Positions 33,102 through 44,767 are shown, counted from the first letter of the stretch. The stretch: DNA of 64,000 bases from Nitrospirota bacterium (GCA_963740085.1 CAVUCU010000001.1:832001-896000), one strand, 5' to 3'. The notes: generated from the letters alone by a model not told the origin. Program-made: numbers and translations.

Positions 33102-33758
33102 ATGAAAATGAGAAGCATCGTGTTCGATAACTGGGGCATCAAGCTTGTATCGCTCGGCCTCTCGCTCACGCTCTGGGTCTTTGTCACCTCAAAAGGCAAA
33201 ACCGAGATGACGCTCACGGTGCCGCTCGAACTGCGAAATATTCCCCAGAACATGGCAGTCGTCGGCAATGTTGCAGGGTCCATGGAAGTGCGCATCCAGG
33301 GTCAGGAACGCGCTCTCAGGGACATAACGGTCGGGGATAAGATGGTCGGCATCATCGACCTGTCCATGACGAAGGCCGGAGAAAATCTTGTGCACATCTC
33401 TCCCGACGATATCAAACTTCCGGCAGACGTGAACGTGACGCATATGTCGCTGTCCGAGATCATCGTGAAGCTCGAGCCGCTGGTCCGGAAGACCTTTCGA
33501 TTGGATCCTGTCCTGCACGGTGTTCCCGCGGCCGGACACCGTCTCGCGAAGATCATCGTCATTCCGCCGAGGGTCACGGTTGAAGGGCCGAAGAACCTGA
33601 TGACTGCGTTGAGCCGGCTCCAGACCATGCCGATCGACATCCAGGACGCAAAACAGACCATGACCGTGGAGCCCAAGATCGACTACCAGGGCCAGCCGCT
33701 GAAGCTCCTTGATAAAAATATCGTGATCCGGATAATCATTGAGAGGGTGCATAAATGA
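33102..33758 (+). CDS. cdaR: CdaR/YbbR-like protein
   Basis: [13 protein letters not shown]-terminal anchor and YbbR repeats. Lies between cdaA and glmM. Confidence 0.85.
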   Translation: MKMRSIVFDNWGIKLVSLGLSLTLWVFVTSKGKTEMTLTVPLELRNIPQNMAVVGNVAGSMEVRIQGQERALRDITVGDKMVGIIDLSMTKAGENLVHISPDDIKLPADVNVTHMSLSEIIVKLEPLVRKTFRLDPVLHGVPAAGHRLAKIIVIPPRVTVEGPKNLMTALSRLQTMPIDIQDAKQTMTVEPKIDYQGQPLKLLDKNIVIRIIIERVHK

Positions 33759-35104
33759 GAAGGCTTTTCGGGACTGACGGCGTGAGGGGCGTGGCGAACC
33801 AGGACCCCATGACCTCGGAGATGGCAATGCGCATCGGCAGGGCGGCGGCGCACGTATTCCGTGATTCGGCCCGCCGGCATCGCATCGTGATCGGCAAGGA
33901 CACCAGGCTTTCCGGATATATGATCGAAAGCGGGCTCACCGCCGGGCTCTGCTCCATGGGCATGGACGTTCTCCTGGTGGGTCCCGTGCCGACGCCGGGG
34001 ATCGCGTTCCTCACGCGCAGCCTCAGGGCGGATGCCGGCGTCGTGGTCTCCGCATCGCATAACCCCTATGAGGACAACGGCATTAAATTCTTCGGCAGGG
34101 ACGGGTTCAAGCTCCCGGACGAGGTCGAGAAGAAGATGGAGGACCTGATCTTCTCCGGCGCCATAGACTCCGTGCGCCCCACGGCCAGCGAGATCGGGAA
34201 GGCCTTCCGGATCGACGACGCGATCGGCAGGTACAACGAGTTCGTGAAATCGTCCATCCCCCGGGGTATGGACCTCTCCGGCCTGCGGGTGGTTGTGGAC
34301 TCCGCAAACGGCGCGGCATACAAGATCGGACCCCGCATCCTGACCGAACTGGGCGCCGATATCCTGTCGCTCCACGACCAGCCGACCGGCTTGAACATTA
34401 ACCAGGGATGCGGTTCGCTCCACCCCGAGGTCATCTGCAGCGCCGTGGTCAAAAACAACGCGCAGATCGGGATCGCCTTTGACGGAGACGCGGACCGGGT
34501 GATCCTGTGCGATGAGAACGGCGTCGTGATCGACGGCGATGCGGTCATGGCGATCTGCGCTCTCCACATGATGAAACACGGCAGGCTCAGGCACAACACG
34601 CTCGTGGCCACGGTCATGAGCAATCTCGGGCTGGAACTGGCAATGCAGCAGGCGGGCGGCAAACTCGTCCGGGCTGCCGTCGGCGACCGGTATGTCATGG
34701 AAAAAATGATCGAGGGGGGCTTCAACCTCGGCGGGGAGCAGTCGGGCCACCTCATCTTCCTGGACCACAATACCACGGGCGACGGCCTCATCACCGCGCT
34801 CCAGGTTTTCACGATCCTGAAGCAGACCGATAAACCGCTGTCGGAGCTGGCTGCCTCCATGAAGACGTATCCCCAGATACTCGTGAACGTAAAGGTGAAG
34901 GAGCGGAAAGACCTCGAATCGATCCCCGAGATCGTAAAGCGGATGACCGAGATCGAAAAGAAGCTCGACGGCACCGGCCGCCTGCTCGTTCGTTACTCCG
35001 GCACCGAGCCCAAGGTGCGGGTGATGATCGAGGGCGAGGACCAGAATGAGATCAAGACGCTTGCCGAGGGCCTTGCGGGGATCATCAAGGAGAAGCTGGG
35101 GTAA
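33755..35104 (+). CDS. glmM: Phosphoglucosamine mutase
   Basis: [26 protein letters not shown] and RYSGTEP motifs. Confidence 0.98.
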   Translation: MRRLFGTDGVRGVANQDPMTSEMAMRIGRAAAHVFRDSARRHRIVIGKDTRLSGYMIESGLTAGLCSMGMDVLLVGPVPTPGIAFLTRSLRADAGVVVSASHNPYEDNGIKFFGRDGFKLPDEVEKKMEDLIFSGAIDSVRPTASEIGKAFRIDDAIGRYNEFVKSSIPRGMDLSGLRVVVDSANGAAYKIGPRILTELGADILSLHDQPTGLNINQGCGSLHPEVICSAVVKNNAQIGIAFDGDADRVILCDENGVVIDGDAVMAICALHMMKHGRLRHNTLVATVMSNLGLELAMQQAGGKLVRAAVGDRYVMEKMIEGGFNLGGEQSGHLIFLDHNTTGDGLITALQVFTILKQTDKPLSELAASMKTYPQILVNVKVKERKDLESIPEIVKRMTEIEKKLDGTGRLLVRYSGTEPKVRVMIEGEDQNEIKTLAEGLAGIIKEKLG

Positions 35105-35256
35105 ATAACAGATAAAAGATGCGCCACCACGAACGTGTTTGTTTATCAACACTCTCCCCTCGGAGGGAACTTTCTGATGTCGGCACTTATTTTTATAAAG
35201 AGAATGTCACCCACCATACCCGACAATGCCCCAAAAATACTCTCCAAACGTTCGCC

Positions 35257-35802
35257 ATGGATAGAATGATATCCTCATACCGCATGATTCGCGTGGTCAT
35301 CGTAGCGCTCATCCTTGCCCTGCCGGGATGCGTATACACGAAACTGATGACCACGCAGCTGGAGAAGCCGACCTTTACCTACACGGGAGCCGAACTGGTC
35401 GAAACCTCGCAAGGCGGGGTAATCATGAACTTCCTGTTCTCCGCGCATAACCCAAATGAGGCAGGATTGAAAGACGTAATCTGCTCGTATGAGCTTTTTG
35501 TGGAAAAGAAAAAGTTTCTGACGGGAAGGAATATTCCTCTGGAGCTCAATCCGAAAGGCGACACCGAGATCAAGGTCCCCGCAGAGATCGCGTACGCAGA
35601 CCTCTATCCCGTTCTGGGGTCCATCGTAAGGCGGATATTATCCGGCCAGAAGACAATACCCATCACCATCGACGCCGTCTTTTCCGGAAGACCTGCGCTC
35701 TATATCGAAGCGGGAAAAGAGACCCCGATTTCCTTCGAGAGAAGATTGGTCAAGACCGCCGACATTCCTTTGCAGCAGGAGAGAATAAACAAGCGACAAT
35801 GA
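35257..35802 (+). CDS. LEA_2/WHy-domain lipoprotein
   Basis: LPGC lipobox and ..HNPN.. motif typical of LEA type 2 proteins. Confidence 0.7.
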   Translation: MDRMISSYRMIRVVIVALILALPGCVYTKLMTTQLEKPTFTYTGAELVETSQGGVIMNFLFSAHNPNEAGLKDVICSYELFVEKKKFLTGRNIPLELNPKGDTEIKVPAEIAYADLYPVLGSIVRRILSGQKTIPITIDAVFSGRPALYIEAGKETPISFERRLVKTADIPLQQERINKRQ

Positions 35803-35918
35803 AGAAATTCGCTGTTTATTGCGGCAGGTAAACAAGAAAGCCGAATGCGCTTAATAACATCAGTGCCTCTGTTCCCCCTTATGTAAACCGTGAAATGGAA
35901 TGTGACCCGTTCAAACTG

Positions 35919-36188
35919 ATGAAGTCGATAGCCGTCCTCGGGATCGTCATTTGCTGCGCTTGCAGTGGTGGCGGCGCCACCCGCATTCTGTACGGGACGC
36001 TGACCGAAAACAATGAAGTGAACAGCTAAGGATCTGCGATCTTCTTCATCTCCAACGACCATACCGGCACGCTTCACCTAGAGGATCCGGTGATAAGCCA
36101 CAATCTCGGCGGGTCCTGGTACGAGTTGCCTGGGATCTCGATGCACAGCGATACGAACCGAGAGATCATCAACTCGACCATCGAGTAG
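35919..36188 (+). pseudogene. Remnant of a secreted lipoprotein gene (in-frame TAA, probable internal deletion)
   Basis: MKSIAVLGIVICCACSGGG joined to GTLTENNEVNS*GSAIFFISNDHTGTLHLED...GGSWYELPGISMH...IINSTIE* in a single frame. Confidence 0.45.
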
Positions 36189-36427
36189 TCGAGGGGATTG
36201 ACAAAATAATATGAATAACACCTGGCCGTTGATCATTGCAGCCGCCGTGTAAAGCGAATTGTTCTGTATCGGGCTGTTTTCGATCGACTAAGATGCTTTT
36301 TTGTTTTTACCTGCAACTTTTATATCATTTCTGTATTCCCTAAATATACTCAATGTATGTTGTCCGCTCCTTCCTGATCTTTGCTATACTTTAATCATTC
36401 GTTCGCGGTTTTCCTCATGAGTGGACC

Positions 36428-36506
36428 CTGATAAAGCCAAACCCCTTGCGAGAGGGGGGCGGAAAGCGGCGGATCTTAGAGTACCAAGATGGCCGAGCTG
36501 CCGAAG
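36428..36506 (+). ncRNA. c-di-GMP-I (GEMM-I) class riboswitch
   Basis: aaagccAAACCccttGCGAgaggGGggCGGAAAGCggcggatctt...aagatggccgagctGCCGA matches the P2 GNRA / receptor / P3 layout of GEMM-I aptamers. Confidence 0.82.
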
Positions 36507-36627
36507 GATGATATCAAAGGCGGACCCAGCTTTTTTTGCGGGATCGTGGTGGCTGAAACAAGTTGTCCTCATCGTGAGCATAAATGTGGCGCACTAGCAC
36601 ATGATAGATCGGAAAGGAGGGACCGTA

Positions 36628-36921
36628 ATGGCAACTCATATCGTTTTGATGAAGATGACGGATCAGGGAATCAAGGACGTCAAGAATGCACCACAGCGAA
36701 TTGATGCAGCCTCGAAGGCCATTGAAGCAATAGGGGGCAAGATGACGGGCTTCTACTTCACGTTGGGTGAGTATGATTACATAGCCATCGTCGAAGGACT
36801 CTCTGACGAAGCCGGTGCGTCTTTCCTGCTGAAATTAGGATCGGCGGGGAACACCAGAACAACGACGCTAAAAGCATTCACGAAGAGTGAGTTTGCTGGG
36901 ATGGTTAAGAAGCTTTCTTAG
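36628..36921 (+). CDS. GYD-domain protein
   Basis: TDQG, YFTLGEYD and GN.RT.TLKAF motifs with RBS AAGGAGG. Confidence 0.88.
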   Translation: MATHIVLMKMTDQGIKDVKNAPQRIDAASKAIEAIGGKMTGFYFTLGEYDYIAIVEGLSDEAGASFLLKLGSAGNTRTTTLKAFTKSEFAGMVKKLS

Positions 36922-37282
36922 CCTCGCCGGTGAGAATAAGGAGTGGAAAAGGCAATGTATCCGAATTCTAGTGCGCCACGCTTGAATATCTTTCATTGAC
37001 CTTTACGATCAGCGAAGTCGTAAAGAATGCTCGTTGCAGTTTTCAGTAAGGGATCACCAGGCGATGTTGTTTCTCTCTGTGCTTTCTTAAGGCAGGTTGA
37101 TTTTGAAATGCGGGTTTGTGCGATTTCTTCCCTTTCGGGATATGATAAAATAGCAAATAAAATGGTTTCCTGTACTTTGACAATCTATTCTCGGCATCAC
37201 GATCCAGGTGGGCACGTCGACGGGCACTTGAAGGTCAAAGAAGACGACCCGTCATCTTCTCCGATCCATCAATATCTCCGAT

Positions 37283-37921
37283 GTGGGCTCACGGGAGTTG
37301 AAACCCTTGGAAACGACAACCATTACTGCGCTGCTTATCGAAGACGACCCCGATGATGCCGCACTCATCGAAAGGTATCTCAATTCTTTCCGGAATATCA
37401 AATACAATGTGATCCACGTCGGGAGGCTCGCTGTCGGCCTGGAAAGTCTGAAACGCATCCTTTTTGACGTCATCCTGCTGGACCTCGCGCTCCCGGACGG
37501 CCCGCTGGGCATCAAGACCTTTGAAACGGTCTATGCTCATGCACCCCATATACCGATCATCGTCCTGACCGGCCACGACGATGATGATCAGGCCGTCGAG
37601 GCGGTCCACAAGGGCGCACAGGACTATTTAGTGAAAGGCCTGGTCACCGGCCCGGCGCTGGGACGTGCAATTCGTTACGCCATCGAGCGCAGGAAATTGC
37701 TCACCCAGCTCGAAGATTCTTTGAAGGAAATCAAACTCCTGCGGGGGTTTCTTCCCATCTGTGTGCGTTGCAAGAAGATCCGTGATGACAAGGGCTACTG
37801 GACGCAGGTGGAGGTCTATATCAGAAAGCATGCAGAAGTGGAATTTTCCCACGGGATCTGTCCGGAATGCGCACAGGCACTCTATCCGGATTTATTTATC
37901 GAAGACGACGAACCGAAATAA
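37283..37921 (+). CDS. Response regulator receiver with a C-terminal Cys4 zinc module
   Basis: LLIEDD, LLDLALPD and GAQDYLVK; C-terminal LPICVRCKKIRDDKGYW...SHGICPEC. Confidence 0.88.
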   Translation: MGSRELKPLETTTITALLIEDDPDDAALIERYLNSFRNIKYNVIHVGRLAVGLESLKRILFDVILLDLALPDGPLGIKTFETVYAHAPHIPIIVLTGHDDDDQAVEAVHKGAQDYLVKGLVTGPALGRAIRYAIERRKLLTQLEDSLKEIKLLRGFLPICVRCKKIRDDKGYWTQVEVYIRKHAEVEFSHGICPECAQALYPDLFIEDDEPK

Positions 37922-38168
37922 GCATCTTTCATTATCTTCTTAATTCTTGCCGGCGGGGTTTCCTTCGAAAGAAGGCCCGGTTAAGACCTTTGAGATTTCC
38001 ATTGCAGGAGGAGAGAAGAAACAATGGACAATGAAGAAATTCGGTTGTATTTTATAGCAGCAGGATCCGATCGCGTTTTCCTCCATTGCAGGGGGGATGG
38101 TCGGTCGGCACGGCGGGCACTCCATGTACCTTACCGCCTTTCTTGGAGATACCGCAAGGATCGTAGTA

Positions 38169-39380
38169 ATGAAAAAGACCGTATTCTCTCCTAAATTCTT
38201 CTGTTCCCTCGTTGCGTTCAGCATATTTATTCTTCAGTCATGCAGCCCTGTGGTCCACACAGAATTTAAAAAAGGCGCGCTCATTGAGGAGCGGCCGACC
38301 GGCAAGCTCGTCGAACTGGAAAGTACCGCATACCTTGAAGTGACCTCTCCTCTGACCGTGAAGGTATACGAGATTGTCCAGGTTGCCGACGAATTCTCTC
38401 AGACCCATGAAAAGATAAAGCTGGAAGTTACGAAAAGTCCATTTACCAAATGGGGTAAATATCACTATGACCCGCGGTACAACTACGTGTGCGGTGGCAA
38501 GTTTACCTGCAGATCATCCATCGTCAAGGATGATCCTATAAAGGACATCCGGTATGAAAATATAAACAACAAAAAGCGTGTCATTACCTCGGGAACTGTA
38601 CGGGCAATGATCGACGGTTCTTATGCTCAGGACCTGCCGATCGATCCGGACGGTACCGCCTCGGTCAGTGTTGAAAAATTCTTTGATGTTTTGCCAAAGG
38701 GCCAGGATGTCAATGTTGAGTATTCTTATAAATCGGGGTCCGCGCAGTCGGTCGTCGCATGGCCTGAGGTTGAGAAAACGGCACGTACATTACTGCCCGA
38801 GTACAGAAGACGCGGGGCAGCGAACAGAACGGCGGCAGACTATATCACTGCTTTTAGGATCTCTGACGATCCGTCAGACCTCAAAGAGGCGTATAAATAT
38901 GCGGCAAGCGAATCCGAAAAAGCAGAAATCAAAAAGATCGCGGAAATACACGGCGAGAAACGCGATCGTACGCGCTTCGAGCAGGCGAAAGATAACGGCA
39001 AACTGGACAAGTTCATCAAGAAATATCCGAACAGCAGTTACCTCGTCCAGGCTGAGTACTTATTTCACCTGGACAAAGATTGCAACGGGTCAGTCATCAC
39101 GTTAAGCAAATTCAATATTCGCCTCGACAAGGGTAAGTGCGTGATGATCGTGGCGACAAAAGTCCAGACGACCTCTAAAAACTCCGGTCTCTTCAAAACT
39201 TATTTTACGTGGACCGGCGACGAGCATGATCTTTTTTATATTGAATTTCCCTCAGACTATGGTGAAGATCAGGTCCAGGCGCTCGCGAAGATAAAAGGTG
39301 TTTTTAACTATACGACGATGTTCGGCACTCATAACTCGGTGCCGCATTTACGCTTCTTGGCACAAATGCCGGAAGATTGA
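38169..39380 (+). CDS. Hypothetical lipoprotein
   Basis: Signal peptide ending LQSC, long ORF, and an FIKKYPNS helical repeat-like motif. Confidence 0.7.
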   Translation: MKKTVFSPKFFCSLVAFSIFILQSCSPVVHTEFKKGALIEERPTGKLVELESTAYLEVTSPLTVKVYEIVQVADEFSQTHEKIKLEVTKSPFTKWGKYHYDPRYNYVCGGKFTCRSSIVKDDPIKDIRYENINNKKRVITSGTVRAMIDGSYAQDLPIDPDGTASVSVEKFFDVLPKGQDVNVEYSYKSGSAQSVVAWPEVEKTARTLLPEYRRRGAANRTAADYITAFRISDDPSDLKEAYKYAASESEKAEIKKIAEIHGEKRDRTRFEQAKDNGKLDKFIKKYPNSSYLVQAEYLFHLDKDCNGSVITLSKFNIRLDKGKCVMIVATKVQTTSKNSGLFKTYFTWTGDEHDLFYIEFPSDYGEDQVQALAKIKGVFNYTTMFGTHNSVPHLRFLAQMPED

Positions 39381-39583
39381 ATGAAGGAATTCGATCGCAT
39401 AAAGCGGCGGACAACTCCCGGTATTCGCTGAAGACTTCATTCTTTAAAACCCGTCGAGCTGCAAACTGTAATTGACATGCTTTTTGTAAACTAATTGATA
39501 TCATTTCGCTTGAATCATTTCGCTAAATCCTTGCCAACGTGCCTGATTTGTAGTACGCTTTTCGCACGAGGAGCCTCGAATAT

Positions 39584-40003
39584 ATGAACAAGAGCGCGAT
39601 GACGCTTAAATGGTTATTGCTCACCGGAGCGATCTACTTCCTGGCGGTGTCAATCGTACATATGCTGGGGATCAAGGTACCGCTGCTCTTCGTTTATTAC
39701 ACCGTGCCCTCCTATGGATACCAGGACAGGATCATTTCCTTTTTGTCTTTCGGTTGGTCGGTCTTTTTGTTTACGGCCTCTCGCGATCCCGTGAAGAACC
39801 GTGAAGCAGTCAAGGCGGTACTCATCGCCGGCCTTGCCGCGATCTTCGGTCTGAATGTAATAAATAGCGTCACTGATTTTCATGGGTTGTCGCCAGATAT
39901 TCATCCCCTGGTATTCCAGATAGAAACGCTTGGGCTGAGCATATACGAGGCTGCATTGATCTTTTTTTATTTTCTCTCAAAAAGACAGGACGCGGACCGG
40001 TAG
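39584..40003 (+). CDS. Four-TM hypothetical membrane protein
   Basis: Hydrophobic helices and RBS GAGGAG. Confidence 0.7.
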   Translation: MNKSAMTLKWLLLTGAIYFLAVSIVHMLGIKVPLLFVYYTVPSYGYQDRIISFLSFGWSVFLFTASRDPVKNREAVKAVLIAGLAAIFGLNVINSVTDFHGLSPDIHPLVFQIETLGLSIYEAALIFFYFLSKRQDADR

Positions 40004-40151
40004 CCGGTTCTTCTTGTCTCCGTTGAAGTTTCCACTCGTGGAACAGGTTTTCCAGCGGGCGCCGAACGGTTTATTTTGCATCAAAAAAGGTGTCTGCGGA
40101 ACTTTGTAAATCATTGCACATTTCACCTGGAACTTGTTATAATCATCTGCC

Positions 40152-40982
40152 ATGAAGACAAAGATCGACCAACTGATCGCCAAACTTGACCGTGTCCTGG
40201 ACCGCTACCTGGCGGACGATACTGACGTAACGAGCTTTTCGACGCATCAGGCATTTCGTTGGGATGGTGCGCGCAGGGCGATTAAGCCGCTCTCGCGACC
40301 GGTGCGTATCCATCCGGGCCACCTGATCGGGATCGATGCCATCAAGCATGAGGTCCTTCGGAACACGAAGAGTTTTGTGCATGGCGGAAAAGCGAACAAT
40401 GTCCTGTTGTGGGGAGAGAGGGGTACGGGCAAGTCTTCTCTTATAAAGTCGTTGCTGACCGTCTTCAAAAAGACTCCGCTCCGGATGATCCAGATCTACC
40501 GGCATGACATTCTGTCCATCACTTCCCTGTTCGATATGATCGCCGGCCATCGGTCCTCTCGTTTTATTTTGTTCATCGACGATCTCTCTTTTGAGGAAAG
40601 TCAGACCGATTACAAAGAAATGAAAACCATCATGGACGGTGGGCTCGAGGAAATTCCGGACAATGTCCTGTTTTATGCGACCTCGAACAGGAAGCACCTG
40701 ATCCCGACCCTGTTTTCCGACAATACCGGCGACGAAACCCGGCCCTCGGATACTGTTGAGGAAAAGATCTCCCTCGCGGACCGCTTCGGACTCAGTTTCG
40801 GATTTTATCATTTTTCTCAGGATACATACCTGAAGATATCCGCCTTCTATGCAGCAAAGTACGGAGTTCCTGCAACCGGGAAACAGCTGGAACAGATGGC
40901 GATTCGCTGGGCGCTTGAGGCCGGCAGCAAGAACGGACGAACCGCAGAGCAGTTTGCGAAGAATGCTGCTGTCAGGGACTGA
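40152..40982 (+). CDS. DUF815 AAA+ ATPase
   Basis: NNVLLWGERGTGKSS, FIDDLSF, YATSNRKHL and EEKISLADRFGL motifs. Confidence 0.9.
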   Translation: MKTKIDQLIAKLDRVLDRYLADDTDVTSFSTHQAFRWDGARRAIKPLSRPVRIHPGHLIGIDAIKHEVLRNTKSFVHGGKANNVLLWGERGTGKSSLIKSLLTVFKKTPLRMIQIYRHDILSITSLFDMIAGHRSSRFILFIDDLSFEESQTDYKEMKTIMDGGLEEIPDNVLFYATSNRKHLIPTLFSDNTGDETRPSDTVEEKISLADRFGLSFGFYHFSQDTYLKISAFYAAKYGVPATGKQLEQMAIRWALEAGSKNGRTAEQFAKNAAVRD

Positions 40983-41164
40983 GCACTTCCTGGAGATGCA
41001 ATCGCCGTCCGCTCTTACGTTTCCGGCAGGCTCAAGCGTGCGCATATATCGACCTGTATTTGTCAGTTCTCCCGATTACCCAAAAGCAGACCATAGCGGG
41101 TGATGGTTTCAACTGGACCTATTTTGACATACGCCAATGTTTTCTGGCATAACCATGCAACCCC

Positions 41165-43711
41165 ATGCACAAACCCCTCATCTTAATCACGCTGGCGTAC
41201 ACTGCGGGCCTCCTGCTCGGGCACGGGTTCCTCTATTTTCCGTATTCGGTCAGCATCCTCGCGATCCTCTGCATTCTGATCACAGGGATCTTCTCCTGGC
41301 TTAACCGATTGACGCCCCGCCGCTTCCTGCTCGTCATCATCCCCGGATTCGTCGGCATGGCGGCGTACCTTTACTCGGCCGCATGGTCCCCGGCAGGCAA
41401 TTACACCCGCCATTTCACTCCCGATAAGGCGTTCCACGATATCATCGGCAGGATCGATTCGCCTCTTGAACGCGATCCTGACCGGACCGGCTTTGTCATG
41501 GAGATCAGGGAAATTGACGGCAGCGCCATGACCGGCAAGATACGCGTAAGTGTGCGCGAGGAAATGAACTCGGTCGGATACGACGATATCATCCGCGCCA
41601 GGGGAAAAGTGTTCGAACCGGCGGGGTTCAACAATCCCCGGGGGTTCGATTACGCCGGATATCTTGCCCAAAACAATATCTACGGGATATTGAACGTCAA
41701 GAACTCGGACGCGATCCAGGTCATGATCCGCGGCGCCGGCATATTCAGAACGATCCAGGATTGGCGGGAGCGGATCCGCCAGTCGTTTCTGAGATCCGCC
41801 ACGGGTGACGGATCGGCCATCCTCCAGGCCATGGTGCTCGGCGAGGAGGGCAGACTCACCGACGAGCTGCGGGATCGGTTCATGGCCGCCGGCGTCACGC
41901 ACATCATCTCCATCTCCGGCTCCCACCTCGGCATGGTAGCGGTCCTCTGCTTCGGCCTGATCAGGTGGCTGCTGTTCATGATGCCGGAACGGTTCTATCA
42001 CCGCATGACCCTGCACACGGACCCGAAAATTATCGCGGCATGGCTTACGCTTCCCCTCGTGGTCTTTTATACGCTCCTCGCCGGGGGACAGGTGGCGACG
42101 GTCCGCTCGCTCATCATGATCTCAGCCGGACTAATGGCGCTCATCCTGGACCGGGAGAACGCGCTCATGCACGCACTTGCCCTTGCCGCGCTCTTCATCC
42201 TCATCACGAGCCCGCAGGCGATCTTCGACATCTCGTTCCAGCTTTCGTTTCTTTCCGTCCTGGTCATCGGCTGCGCGGTCTCACTCTGGAACGAGCTGCA
42301 ATTCAAGCCAGGAACCCGTTTCCAGAAGATCAGGAACAGCGCCCTGCTGCTCATCATCATATCCGTTTCCGCAAGCCTCGCGACCGGACCGCTTGTCGCG
42401 TACTACTTCAACCAGATCTCGTTCGCCGGCGTCGTCTCGAACCTCATCATCGTCCCTTTTGCAGGCATGGTGGTCGTTCCGCTCGGACTGTTTTCAGGGA
42501 TAGTCTCCCTCTTCACCGGCCGCCTGCCGCTGGTTTGGCTGAACCAGGGCGTTTCGGACATATTCGTCGGCGCTGTCTCCTTCTTTTCCCGGCTCCCCTT
42601 CGCGGAATTTCATCCCCCGGCGCCCGCACCGCTTTGGCTGCTGCTCTATGCTGTTTTCTTTATCTCCCTGTTCATGCACGCAAGGGCGCGCCTGCTCGCC
42701 CGGTTCAAGCCGTTCGAATCATCATCGCGAATTTCAAAGATGCCGGTTGTCGGCATGGCGCTCGCGGGCATGTGTTTGATGCTTCTGCTTGCCCTCTCCT
42801 TCATGCCCGGACAGCGCATGCTGGTCAGCTTTCCCGACGTGGGCCAGGGCGACTGCGCGCTCATCGAGCTCCCCGGGGGACAGACCGTCCTGATCGACGG
42901 CGGAGGCACCCGCGACAACCGGTTTGACATCGGGCGGCGCATCCTTGCCCCCTGGCTCTGGAACAAGGGCATCCGCAGGCTGGACCTCGTGATCATGTCT
43001 CACCCCCATCCGGACCATATGAACGGGCTTATTGCGATCCTGAAAAAATTCGAGGTGGCTGCTGTCTGGGAAAGCGGACTGGATACCAACCTGCCGGGCT
43101 ATGGTGAGTTCCGCGCGGTGATGCAGGACAGAAAGATACGCCATCGCCTTGTTTCGGCCGATGATCCGCCGATGATGCTCGGCGAGGCGATGATCTCCGT
43201 GCTCCATCCGCGCAGGGGAGTTGAGACACTCGACCGGCAGGCCTTTGCGGCGGAGAACAACCGTTCGCTTGTCGTGCAGATCAGGTCGGAAGGCACCAAC
43301 CTTTTATTCACCGGTGATATCGGGATCAAGATGGAAAGGAACATCATGGAATCGATCAAGGGCCTGAAAATCGGCCTTATCAAAGTCCCGCATCATGGAA
43401 GCAAGAGCTCGAGCAGCGAAGACTTTGTATCACAGACGCAGCCCGAAGTAGCGGTCATGACCGTTGGCCGGGGGAACCAGTATCATCATCCGTCCGATGA
43501 GGTCGTTGCGCGCTATGAGAGGATCGGGGCGCAGATCTGCAGGACGGATCTTGACGGCGCAGTGACGATAGCGGTGAATAAGGGGAGATTTGCGATACAG
43601 CGATGGAATGACCTGAGACTGCGGCGGATCGTGCTCTCCGACCGAGCGGCCTGGGGCGACCAGGAACAGGTGAACGGGGGCAGGCTCCGGATCAGGGCAT
43701 GGGGGCTTTGA
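41165..43711 (+). CDS. comEC: DNA internalization competence protein ComEC/Rec2
   Basis: HIISISGSH competence motif, SFQLSF, and MBL domain DVGQGD, SHPHPDH, PHHGS. Confidence 0.95.
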   Translation: MHKPLILITLAYTAGLLLGHGFLYFPYSVSILAILCILITGIFSWLNRLTPRRFLLVIIPGFVGMAAYLYSAAWSPAGNYTRHFTPDKAFHDIIGRIDSPLERDPDRTGFVMEIREIDGSAMTGKIRVSVREEMNSVGYDDIIRARGKVFEPAGFNNPRGFDYAGYLAQNNIYGILNVKNSDAIQVMIRGAGIFRTIQDWRERIRQSFLRSATGDGSAILQAMVLGEEGRLTDELRDRFMAAGVTHIISISGSHLGMVAVLCFGLIRWLLFMMPERFYHRMTLHTDPKIIAAWLTLPLVVFYTLLAGGQVATVRSLIMISAGLMALILDRENALMHALALAALFILITSPQAIFDISFQLSFLSVLVIGCAVSLWNELQFKPGTRFQKIRNSALLLIIISVSASLATGPLVAYYFNQISFAGVVSNLIIVPFAGMVVVPLGLFSGIVSLFTGRLPLVWLNQGVSDIFVGAVSFFSRLPFAEFHPPAPAPLWLLLYAVFFISLFMHARARLLARFKPFESSSRISKMPVVGMALAGMCLMLLLALSFMPGQRMLVSFPDVGQGDCALIELPGGQTVLIDGGGTRDNRFDIGRRILAPWLWNKGIRRLDLVIMSHPHPDHMNGLIAILKKFEVAAVWESGLDTNLPGYGEFRAVMQDRKIRHRLVSADDPPMMLGEAMISVLHPRRGVETLDRQAFAAENNRSLVVQIRSEGTNLLFTGDIGIKMERNIMESIKGLKIGLIKVPHHGSKSSSSEDFVSQTQPEVAVMTVGRGNQYHHPSDEVVARYERIGAQICRTDLDGAVTIAVNKGRFAIQRWNDLRLRRIVLSDRAAWGDQEQVNGGRLRIRAWGL

Positions 43712-44600
43712 TGGGATACACCTTCAGGAAGCCCAGGAACTCCTTGGCCGTGTGCGTACAATAGTTGCGTTTAGGCGAGATGATGCTGAAGTTCCGCTGG
43801 AACTTGAGGTCCTTGAAGGTCATGGCCTTCAGGATTCCATGCTTGATCGCCTGGCGAGCGGACCAGGCCGAGACGATCGACACCCCGACGCCTTCCTCCA
43901 CCGCACTCTTGATCGATTCGCTGCTGCCGAGCACGAGCGAGATCTTGAGGTCGGACAGCTTGATCCCGTGATCTTCGAGATGTTTCAGGATGATCTGGCG
44001 GGTGCCGGACCCTTCTTCACGAAGGATGAGCGGCTCCTTGATCAGGTCCATGGCCGGAATGTTGCGGCGCTCCGCCCAGGAGTGCGCAGGCGACATGATC
44101 ACCACCAGTTCGTCCGAGAGAAGGACATCGACGGCAAAGCGTTGTTTGCTCACGTCCCCTTCCACCAGGGCAATATCGATCTCACCGGCATTCAATTTTT
44201 CGGTGATGGTCTTGGTGTTGCTCACCAGGAGAGATATGTTGACCCGGGGTACCTTTTTCTTGAACGCCGAGATGATCGTGGGAAGAAGGTAATTGCCGAT
44301 CGTCGAGCTGGCGCCGATGGAGAGGGAACCCTTGATCGATCCGGTTATCTCACTGATGTTCTTCTGCGCCTCGGCATAGAGCGCAAGGATCTCCTTGGCC
44401 CGCCTGTAAAGGATCTCGCCCGCCGGCGTCAGATTGATGGAATTGCCGGACCGGTCGAACAGACGGGTCTCGTAGAGTTCCTCCATGGCCTGCACCTGAA
44501 GGCTCACCGCGGGCTGGGTAAGGTGAATGAGCTCCGATGCCTTGGAAAAGCTCTTCGTATCTGCGACGGCGCAGAACACTCTTAGTTTATGATCTTCCAT
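43692..44600 (-). CDS. LysR-family transcriptional regulator (CysL-like subgroup)
   Basis: SFSKAS...LTQPAVS HTH, IGASSTIGNYLLP and REEGSGTR motifs. Confidence 0.93.
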   Translation of the reverse strand: MEDHKLRVFCAVADTKSFSKASELIHLTQPAVSLQVQAMEELYETRLFDRSGNSINLTPAGEILYRRAKEILALYAEAQKNISEITGSIKGSLSIGASSTIGNYLLPTIISAFKKKVPRVNISLLVSNTKTITEKLNAGEIDIALVEGDVSKQRFAVDVLLSDELVVIMSPAHSWAERRNIPAMDLIKEPLILREEGSGTRQIILKHLEDHGIKLSDLKISLVLGSSESIKSAVEEGVGVSIVSAWSARQAIKHGILKAMTFKDLKFQRNFSIISPKRNYCTHTAKEFLGFLKVYPIKAPMP

Positions 44601-44767
44601 AGTAAGTTGGATAATCGAAAGGGTACTGGTGTAGATGGTGGATATGAGCCCGATTGTCTGTCCTATTAATATTATTTATAAAGCATCCACTTATTATTGT
44701 CAAGAAGTTTGTCGCGAACCATCCCGATTGTTTTGCGGCAACGTGTGCAAAAAGTGAAAAAATTATC

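Noticed and set aside
43692-43711. comEC/LysR 3' overlap as a regulatory feature
   Set aside because: A 20 bp convergent overlap is common and unremarkable.
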